A DNA stretch of 64,000 nt from Candidatus Saccharimonadia bacterium (GTDB taxonomy: Bacteria; Patescibacteriota; Saccharimonadia; UBA4664; SCTI01), in the NCBI GenBank assembly GCA_046597065.1, contig JBKJLI010000003.1, positions 290,841 to 354,840 of the forward strand, in the 5' to 3' direction. This document shows positions 57,406 to 64,000 of the stretch, one piece after another. How positions within the stretch are numbered: position 1 is the first letter of the stretch; each line of letters begins with the position of its first letter. The notes below the pieces were generated by a model. It was not told where the DNA came from. It saw nothing but the letters and a program-made list of their open reading frames with translations, and made no database searches. The translations under genes were made by a program, and so were the position numbers.

Positions 57406-58533
57406 ATGAAAGGGCGAACCATTAGTAGGTTTTCATTCAAAAACAAAAACAGCGCAGTCGCTAAAACGGTATTATCGTTTATAGCAGTTGCGCTGTTTTT
57501 AATTGCGACTCCACAGATTGCTAAGGCAAACACGATTGATGATCAGATCCGTATTTTGACCCAGCAGGCAAGCAGCCAGCAGGCTCAAGCCGATGCCTTG
57601 CGCGCAAAGGGCGACACCCTATCTAATAAACTGGCGTCAATAAATAATCAGGTAAGCGCCTTGGCTACCCAGATTAGCTTGAACCGGGCTAAGCAGGAGC
57701 GTTTAACCGCTCAGATCGAACAAGCCAAGAAGGATTTAGTCCAAAAAAAGCAGATTCTAGACGAAAACGTACGTCAAATTTACCAGCAATCGCAGATCTC
57801 TCCCCTCGAAATGCTAGCATCGAGCCACAGTTTTAGTGAGTATGTCGATCGCCAGCAGTATCTGGATCGAATTAAAGATCACGTTCAAGAAGCCGCCGCC
57901 GCAATTACCACTCTTAAGGCTGAGCTAGAGAAGCAACAGGTTGATGTTGCTAACTTGATTAAGCAGCAAGGCGATTTACAGCAGTCGCTGGCTATTCAAC
58001 AAAATGAGGCCGCCAGTATTTTAAACCAAACCCGTGGCGAAGAGTCTCGCTACGCATCGCTGGCCGCTGCCAATAATGCTCAAGCAAACGCTCTGCGGGC
58101 TCAGCAGGCTGCCGCTCTGGCCGCAATCTATGGCAATGCATCCGGTGGTGTCGCATGTGGTGGTGGATACCCTAGCCGTTGGTGTAATGCCGGGCAGGAT
58201 ACCCTTATCGATACCTGGGGCATGTTTAACCGGGAGTGTGTCAGCTACACCGCATTTAAGGTAGCCGCATCCGGCCGCTACATGCCTTACTGGGGTGGTC
58301 ACGGCAATGCCAAGCAATGGCCCGGAAATGCCTCCGCAGCAGGAATACCAGTTGATGGTTCGCCGCGTGCTGGTGATATAGCTATCTCGCTGGCCGGTCC
58401 CTACGGACACGCCATGTATGTTGAATCTGTCAGCGGCAGCAATATCAGTGTTAGCCAGTATAATTACGCAAATAACGGTGAGTACAGCACCATGACGATT
58501 CCTTCGTCGGGCTTGTCCTTCATCCACTTTTAA
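57406..58533 (+). CDS. PcsB-like secreted coiled-coil protein with C-terminal CHAP peptidoglycan hydrolase domain
   Basis: Signal peptide, a long Q/A-rich coiled-coil, then Cys (WCNAGQ...CVSYTAFK) and His (GHAMYVESV) in a CHAP arrangement. Confidence 0.8.
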   Translation: MKGRTISRFSFKNKNSAVAKTVLSFIAVALFLIATPQIAKANTIDDQIRILTQQASSQQAQADALRAKGDTLSNKLASINNQVSALATQISLNRAKQERLTAQIEQAKKDLVQKKQILDENVRQIYQQSQISPLEMLASSHSFSEYVDRQQYLDRIKDHVQEAAAAITTLKAELEKQQVDVANLIKQQGDLQQSLAIQQNEAASILNQTRGEESRYASLAAANNAQANALRAQQAAALAAIYGNASGGVACGGGYPSRWCNAGQDTLIDTWGMFNRECVSYTAFKVAASGRYMPYWGGHGNAKQWPGNASAAGIPVDGSPRAGDIAISLAGPYGHAMYVESVSGSNISVSQYNYANNGEYSTMTIPSSGLSFIHF

Positions 58534-58538
58534 GCCCT

Positions 58539-59726
58539 ATGCAAGAGCCAACATCAGAGCGGTCGAACCGCCGATCGCCCAAACTACTATTATCTGTAGC
58601 AGCATTACTGCTATTTGGTTTTTTGGTTGGGCAGATGGCTCCTACACTGGTACCAGCCAACTGGAAGGCGGCTAACAATCGCCTAGAATCATCGGATCTT
58701 AATGATCTTTACAGCTTACTGCAGCGTAAGTTTGATGGTGGTGTCGACCATCAGAAAGCTGTCGATGGCGCAAAATCTGGTTTGGTTTCGGGCGCTGGAG
58801 ATCCATACACCGTCTTTTTGGATGCCAAATCAGCCAAAGCCCTTACCGACCAGTTGAGTGGAACTTTATCTGGCATCGGTGCTGAAGTGGGGATAAAGAA
58901 TAACCACTTAACCGTGATTTCGCCAATAAGTGGTTCACCAGCAGAGCGAGCGGGCTTAAAGGCGGGGGATATTATCGCCAAAATTGACGGTAACGATACT
59001 AGCAATTTGCTGTTGGATGAGGCGGTTAGTAAAATTCGTGGCCAAAAGGGCACCGAAGTGACACTAAAAGTTGTGCGTGGAAACACCGACGCCATCGACA
59101 TTAAGGTAACTCGCGACGTCATTACAGTACCGAGCGTTAAATCGAGCCTTAAGACCGGCAATATTGGCTATATCCAGATATCTCAGTTTGGAAACGATAC
59201 TTCAGAAAAGGTGGCTGCTGCTGCCGCTGGGCTTAAAAATCAGGGCGCTGAAAAGATTATTTTAGACCTGCGCAACAACCCGGGAGGGTTCTTAGATAGC
59301 GCCGTTATGGTTTCTAGCCAGTTTATGCGCGAAGGCAAAGTAGTGGTAGAAGAGCGTCGTAATGGTAAAACAACCGAGAAGCTACAAACTCGATCCGGGG
59401 GTAGCTTGATTGGACTGCCGATGGTCGTGTTGATAAACAGCGGCAGTGCTTCGGCCAGCGAGATTGTAGCCGGTGCACTAAAAGATAACGGCGCAGCCAA
59501 ACTGATTGGCGAAAAAAGTTTTGGAAAGGGTAGCGTTCAAGAAGTTATTAACTTAGGCGGTGGCGCACAGCTTAAGGTTACAGTGGCCCACTGGTTTACG
59601 CCTAGCGGTAGGGGAATCGATAAGATTGGTATAACACCGGATATTGAAGTTAAGCAGGATCAGGCCGATTATAACGCCGACCGTGATCCACAGCTGGATC
59701 GTGCGATCCAAGAACTTTCTAAGTAA
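58539..59726 (+). CDS. ctpA: C-terminal processing (S41, tail-specific) protease with PDZ domain
   Basis: PDZ domain plus S41 motifs LDLRNNPGG and the catalytic Ser/Lys region. Confidence 0.85.
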   Translation: MQEPTSERSNRRSPKLLLSVAALLLFGFLVGQMAPTLVPANWKAANNRLESSDLNDLYSLLQRKFDGGVDHQKAVDGAKSGLVSGAGDPYTVFLDAKSAKALTDQLSGTLSGIGAEVGIKNNHLTVISPISGSPAERAGLKAGDIIAKIDGNDTSNLLLDEAVSKIRGQKGTEVTLKVVRGNTDAIDIKVTRDVITVPSVKSSLKTGNIGYIQISQFGNDTSEKVAAAAAGLKNQGAEKIILDLRNNPGGFLDSAVMVSSQFMREGKVVVEERRNGKTTEKLQTRSGGSLIGLPMVVLINSGSASASEIVAGALKDNGAAKLIGEKSFGKGSVQEVINLGGGAQLKVTVAHWFTPSGRGIDKIGITPDIEVKQDQADYNADRDPQLDRAIQELSK

Positions 59727-60183
59727 CGCTCACTAGCTGTGAGCATTTCTGGCAAACTCCGGTGACTAAAATTTGTGAGGATGTGTGTCGGTAACCTCGC
59801 CGGACCGTCAATCTATTAACTGCTGAAATAATAGACTTATCTTGGAAATTACGGACCGACCCGCAATTTTTACAACCGATCACTTGTTCATTTATCTTAA
59901 AAACTTGATTAAGCGATGTATGGACTCTGTCGTTAACTACCATCGATGAAGTGATCCCGGCTTTTTCTAGCGCCTTCAGGTTGGAGTATGTGGTTTTTTG
60001 AGGTATCCCATGGGACAGATGCAACTCCTTGGCTAACTTGGCGCGGTTTTTTTGAACATGTTGGCTCAGCAGCTTAAGAAGCCTTGCTTTAGCGACAGTT
60101 AATCTTAAGCCCCTTGAGTTCAGTACTAGACGTAGAATATCATCCGTTTCATTATGGGCTAGTTGGTTGATGTCTTTTAGCAT
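59719..60183 (-). CDS. Fur-family metalloregulator (Fur/Zur/PerR)
   Basis: Winged-HTH N-terminus, plus CKNCGSV and CQKC metal sites. Confidence 0.8.
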   Translation of the reverse strand: MLKDINQLAHNETDDILRLVLNSRGLRLTVAKARLLKLLSQHVQKNRAKLAKELHLSHGIPQKTTYSNLKALEKAGITSSMVVNDRVHTSLNQVFKINEQVIGCKNCGSVRNFQDKSIISAVNRLTVRRGYRHTSSQILVTGVCQKCSQLVSVT

Positions 60184-60221
60184 ACTATTTGTTTATTAAC
60201 AGAAACTTACGTTAATTGGTC

Positions 60222-60246
60222 CTTACCGTAATAAACTTACGATAAG
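60222..60246. promoter_or_regulatory. Operator-like inverted repeat CTTACCGTAA-N5-TTACGATAAG, 39-63 bp upstream of the Fur-family gene start
   Basis: 10-5-10 palindrome with one mismatch. Its half-sites resemble Zur-box TCGTAA/TTACGA cores. Confidence 0.45.
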
Positions 60247-60341
60247 CGATAACATCAAGATTTAGCACGTACCAATATAGGCGATATAAAAAATGCGCCT
60301 GTATTTTGGGAGAAATTAATTCAGAGCGGGAGGGAAAATTT

Positions 60342-60614
60342 CTACTTAACGTTTACGTGGGTTCGTTTAACCTTGGAACCTGTAAACTTGGTGATTTTTT
60401 TTTCGGTGAACTCTACCACCCCAGAAACTACCGAGTAGATTGTGTGATCTTTGCCCACGCGAGTGCCAATACCTGGCTCCATGCGCGTACCACGCTGGCG
60501 CACGATAATTGCACCTGGCTGCACTAACTCGCCGCCAAACAGCTTAACACCAAGCCGCTGACCTGCTGAATCGTGAACGTTTTTAGTTGTACCGCCGGCT
60601 TTTGTCTTCGACAT
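60342..60614 (-). CDS. rpmA: 50S ribosomal protein L27
   Basis: GGTTKNVHDSAGQRLGVK motif. Confidence 0.9.
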   Translation of the reverse strand: MSKTKAGGTTKNVHDSAGQRLGVKLFGGELVQPGAIIVRQRGTRMEPGIGTRVGKDHTIYSVVSGVVEFTEKKITKFTGSKVKRTHVNVK

Positions 60615-60620
60615 TTATGA

Positions 60621-61757
60621 TTACTTCTTCTTAAGCACTAGGATTTGGCGACCCACAAACTGGTTGGGCCTTCTGTATACTAACGCACGACTTTCGACGT
60701 GCGTAAACCGTTTTAAACTATACCCCAGATCTGATAATTGGTCAATAAGACCTAGCTCAGCCCAACCCTTAGGAGTCCTCCAAACCGGGGCGGTAATGGT
60801 AACCTCAGAGTTGGTTTTAAGCTGCCAGGCAAAATTAACTAAACAGTCCGAATAAAGCTTAAGTAACACAGGTTGGAACTTAGAAATATCTGCTGGTGTG
60901 GCCAGCCGGCTAAAATTTTGCCCCAAGTAGCCTTCACTGACGACCGCTAACTCATCTGTTGGAAGTTTAACGTTGCGAGCATCGGCCCGGTTAACGCTCC
61001 ACGGCTTTAGGCCCGGCCGTTTTGCCGCTAACCACGCCATGTTTTCTTTACTGGCCGCCACCATTTCGGGAGATAAATCACTTCCGCAAGAGCTGCGATG
61101 TAACAGTAAGGCTTCTTGCAATAACACTCCGGTGCCGCAAAATGGGTCAAATATCACTGGGGAGGATGTAGTGTTAATCATGATTTGAGCCAATTTGGGT
61201 GGTAGCATCCCAACTTTTGGGTTACGGGCAGGTCGTTGGTAGTCACGAATGGCGTACCAGTCTATATCTTGTACCTGTTCGGTAATGCCAACTACCATTT
61301 CAGTATTATTTTGAGCTAACACAAGCTCGAATCCGCGGTTTCCAACCAACCCATTAAACTTTACTTGGGCAGCGCCCAAATTTGTGCCGGTTTGAGGTGA
61401 AACTAAGCGAATTCCACCACGAACCTTTAAGCGCTTCTTTAATGTTAAGCCAACTGATTGCACAAAGCGGTTGGTAGCCCGCACGCCATAAAAACTCAGG
61501 CCAATATTAGTTTTACCGGATTCCCGCAACGGTAGTTCAGCAAGATCGATTGGGGCATGATTTAGATCCTGCGCCGGGCCTCGATAAATAACTCGTGCTA
61601 GTTTTTGCGCGCCACCCAGCGATCCAAGGTCAATCAATTCTGAACTCACCAAAGCAGTATCGCGTCCCCAAGGCATAACAGCCTCAGCGCCAAAACGCGA
61701 TTCTAGCTCTAGCAGCCCCAGTTCGGGTTGCCGCCCCAATATTAATATATAATTCAT
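60621..61757 (-). CDS. THUMP-domain class I SAM-dependent RNA methyltransferase
   Basis: N-terminal THUMP-like region plus DPFCGTGVLLQEA motif I. Confidence 0.7.
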   Translation of the reverse strand: MNYILILGRQPELGLLELESRFGAEAVMPWGRDTALVSSELIDLGSLGGAQKLARVIYRGPAQDLNHAPIDLAELPLRESGKTNIGLSFYGVRATNRFVQSVGLTLKKRLKVRGGIRLVSPQTGTNLGAAQVKFNGLVGNRGFELVLAQNNTEMVVGITEQVQDIDWYAIRDYQRPARNPKVGMLPPKLAQIMINTTSSPVIFDPFCGTGVLLQEALLLHRSSCGSDLSPEMVAASKENMAWLAAKRPGLKPWSVNRADARNVKLPTDELAVVSEGYLGQNFSRLATPADISKFQPVLLKLYSDCLVNFAWQLKTNSEVTITAPVWRTPKGWAELGLIDQLSDLGYSLKRFTHVESRALVYRRPNQFVGRQILVLKKK

Positions 61758-61862
61758 GGCATAATTGTAGCTTAAACAGTTGATCGATATTTAATCATCA
61801 AAATAGTAATAAGTCAATGATATTACTTCGAGTAGCTTTGATCATCAGCTATACTAATACTC

Positions 61863-63041
61863 ATGGAACCAATCCCCGAAATCGCAATTGGTGTTAAGGC
61901 CTTTTTAAACATCCTCAATGAAACAATGGGGTTTGCTTTCCCGTCGGTGACGATCGAAGGCGAGGTATCGAGCTACAAAGTTAATCAAGGCAAGTGGGTA
62001 TTTTTTGATCTAAAAGATGAAGACGCAACTCTACCATGCTTCATGCCGATTTTTCATCTAAAAGTGCCTTTAGAAGATGGTATGAAAGTTAAGGTTACCG
62101 GTGTCCCCAAAGTTACCAACTGGGGCAAGTTTAGTCTAACTGTTAAAACTGTACAGCTAGCCGGGGAGGGTGAGCTGCGACGAGCTTTTGAGTTGCTTAA
62201 AGCCAAGCTTGAGGCCGAAGGACTGTTTGCCGAAGAGCGTAAACGCCAACTGCCACGCTTTCCGCGCACGATTGGGCTGATAACTTCTGGCGCCTCTGAC
62301 GCCTATGCCGATTTCATTAAAATTCTTGCTACCCGCTGGGGAGGTTTGACGGTACGGCTCGCCGACATCCAGGTACAAGGTGCACCTGCGCCGGGGCAAG
62401 TAGTAAATGCCATCAACTACTTTAACCAACTAGCAACGCCACCGGATGTGCTAGTGATTACGAGAGGTGGGGGAAGCCTAGAAGATCTACAAGCATTTAG
62501 TACCGAGGATGTGGCCCGGGCGGTGGCATCGAGCCGAACCCCCACGATAGTGGGGGTTGGCCACGAACGCGACATCAGTTTGGCCGACTTAGCTGCCGAT
62601 CGACGTGCCGCCACCCCAACCGATGCCGCCCGCTTAGTAGTCCCAGAGCGCCTCGAGGTACTGCAGCAAGTTGACGTCCTAGCTCGTCGTAGTGAGCAGT
62701 TGCTACGTGGCCGGCTGCAGTCCGCCGATATCCGTATTGATCGCCAAGTGGCATTGCTGGAACGCTTTGTACGCCTGCCCGCCACTCAGCTACAACAGTT
62801 AAACGCGCGACTGCTAACTGCCCAAAAACGCAGCGCTGAACGGGCAGGTGAGCGGCTGCGTTCCCTTGAGCGCTTACTGGCCAGCTTTAACCCGCAGGCC
62901 ACCTTAAAGCGCGGCTATGCTATCGTGCGAAGTGGTGATCGGGTGGTGACAAGGCCCGAACAGGTTTCGAGCGGAGACGGCCTCGTGATACAATTGGCGG
63001 CAGGAAAACTAAGCGCAAAGGTGGAAAATGGCAGAGATTAA
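61863..63041 (+). CDS. xseA: Exodeoxyribonuclease VII large subunit
   Basis: OB-fold N-terminus and catalytic core. The -10 element TATACT lies 7 nt before the ATG, so the mRNA is likely leaderless. Confidence 0.85.
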   Translation: MEPIPEIAIGVKAFLNILNETMGFAFPSVTIEGEVSSYKVNQGKWVFFDLKDEDATLPCFMPIFHLKVPLEDGMKVKVTGVPKVTNWGKFSLTVKTVQLAGEGELRRAFELLKAKLEAEGLFAEERKRQLPRFPRTIGLITSGASDAYADFIKILATRWGGLTVRLADIQVQGAPAPGQVVNAINYFNQLATPPDVLVITRGGGSLEDLQAFSTEDVARAVASSRTPTIVGVGHERDISLADLAADRRAATPTDAARLVVPERLEVLQQVDVLARRSEQLLRGRLQSADIRIDRQVALLERFVRLPATQLQQLNARLLTAQKRSAERAGERLRSLERLLASFNPQATLKRGYAIVRSGDRVVTRPEQVSSGDGLVIQLAAGKLSAKVENGRD

Positions 63042-63303
63042 TGATTTTGGAGCGAAGTTAGCCGAGCTCGAGGCCATCACCGAATGGTTTGAATCAGAAG
63101 ATGTCGATTTAAATCAGGCTCTAACTAAGTTCGAGCGGGGAATGAAGCTAGCCGGTGAGCTAAAGGGGGAATTAGGTCAACTTGAAAACCGAGTAGAAAA
63201 GATCAAACAAAAGTTTGACGCTCCTTCGGCCGCCAACGCACCAACTCTGGCAGAACCCAATCCAACTGACGCCGACCCCGAAGATGGTCCAACCCTGTTT
63301 TGA
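63028..63303 (+). CDS. xseB: Exodeoxyribonuclease VII small subunit
   Basis: FEEAL-like helical hairpin. Overlaps xseA. Confidence 0.85.
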   Translation: MAEINDFGAKLAELEAITEWFESEDVDLNQALTKFERGMKLAGELKGELGQLENRVEKIKQKFDAPSAANAPTLAEPNPTDADPEDGPTLF

Positions 63304-63779
63304 TCCTATTCTTGCTAGCGGTCTTGTTTCTGGCGGTCGCAGTAGGTGCGTTAGTAGGTGCTCCTTATTTGCCGGCCCGCTACCCCGACATTGAGGCCGC
63401 TTTGGATTTGGCCGAACTTAAAGCCGGCGAAACTTTAATTGATCTGGGCTCGGGCGATGGGCGCGTACTACTTGCGGCTGCAAAGCGTGGCGCTACTGCC
63501 ATTGGCTACGAAGTTAGCCCCGTGCTATTTGTATGGTCATGGTTACGCTGCCTACGCCATGGCCCAAAAATTAAGATCTATTTGCGTGATTATTGGTTAG
63601 TAAAGCTGCCCCAAGCCGATGTTGTTTACACCTTTTTGGCACGTCAGTATGTTAAGCGGCTCAACAAAAAACTAACGGCAGAGATTAAAACTCCAACTAA
63701 ATTGGTTAGCTATGTGTTTGAGCTGCCGCGCGAGATTATCTCTAAAAATCGCAACTGCTTTTTATATCGCTATCCCTGA
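63300..63779 (+). CDS. Small class I SAM-dependent methyltransferase with N-terminal TM segment
   Basis: LIDLGSGDGRVLLAAA motif I. Confidence 0.6.
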   Translation: MILFLLAVLFLAVAVGALVGAPYLPARYPDIEAALDLAELKAGETLIDLGSGDGRVLLAAAKRGATAIGYEVSPVLFVWSWLRCLRHGPKIKIYLRDYWLVKLPQADVVYTFLARQYVKRLNKKLTAEIKTPTKLVSYVFELPREIISKNRNCFLYRYP

Positions 63780-63892
63780 TGCTCATCTGATCGTAGCGCT
63801 TGCTGCCAGCCATTAAAACTGCTATAAACATAAGCATAATGCCGCCAACAAACCCCCAGCCATCAAATTTGCCACCCTTGCCTACGCCTAAC

Positions 63893-64000
63893 ATGCAATC
63901 GCAAGTCCCTTCAACGCCGCCTCGCCGCCCCAGGGCCAACTTTCATCTAATTTTAACCGTATTCCTTGCAATCGGCATGATACTGTTTGGCGTTATGGCG
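63893..64000 (+). CDS. Possible membrane protein, 5' fragment running off the window end
   Basis: An ATG-initiated ORF open to the window end, with a hydrophobic stretch. Weak evidence. Confidence 0.2.
   Translation, partial: MQSQVPSTPPRRPRANFHLILTVFLAIGMILFGVMA

Overview
This 64 kb window looks like a housekeeping core from a small, roughly 50% G+C, Gram-positive-like genome, possibly a CPR/Saccharibacteria-type organism; that attribution is inference only. Two things suggest a Gram-positive-like background. Firmicute-like gene order runs secDF-recJ-hisS, rpmE-prfA-prmC, rpsB-tsf-frr-uppS-rseP-proS and mreBCD-pbp2. An LPXTG sortase substrate is also present. On both strands I can support priA (partial), secD, secF, recJ, hisS, an Rpf-like transglycosylase, HIT, rpsU, a GatB/YqeY protein, ybeY, dgkA, adk, map, ftsA, ftsZ, nrdR, nrdJ, yggT, ileS, a SEDS protein, rplU, parA, parB, lepB, an LCP protein, htrA, prmC, prfA, rpmE, rpsB, tsf, frr, uppS, rseP, a CAAX protease, proS, mreB, mreC, mreD, PBP2, greA, a class I LysRS, serS, hpf, secA, an LPXTG protein, prfB, ftsE, ftsX, a PcsB-like CHAP protein, ctpA, a Fur-family regulator, rpmA, a THUMP methyltransferase, xseA, xseB and a small SAM methyltransferase. 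I found no rRNA, tRNA, CRISPR array or transposase. Two small accessory cassettes of tandem paralogous proteins interrupt otherwise conserved gene neighbourhoods: one at 2970-4044 between secF and recJ, and an antitoxin-like pair at 33320-34249 between rpmE and rpsB. Three islands of visibly higher G+C (by eye near 60%) stand out at about 8450-9575, 16700-19835 (class II RNR nrdJ) and 51990-53430 (a secreted Cys/Pro-rich protein). These are consistent with horizontal acquisition from a high-G+C donor. Other points are a promoter-plus-terminator unit that could be a ~210 nt ncRNA or riboswitch leader (51743-51990), a 25 bp operator-like palindrome present upstream of a Fur-family gene and again upstream of mreB, and a recurring AGCGGTATAAT-like extended -10 element that sits very close to start codons, which would give many leaderless mRNAs. 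No large novel multi-gene system is evident; the candidates for something undescribed are the small-protein cassettes and the ncRNA-like unit.
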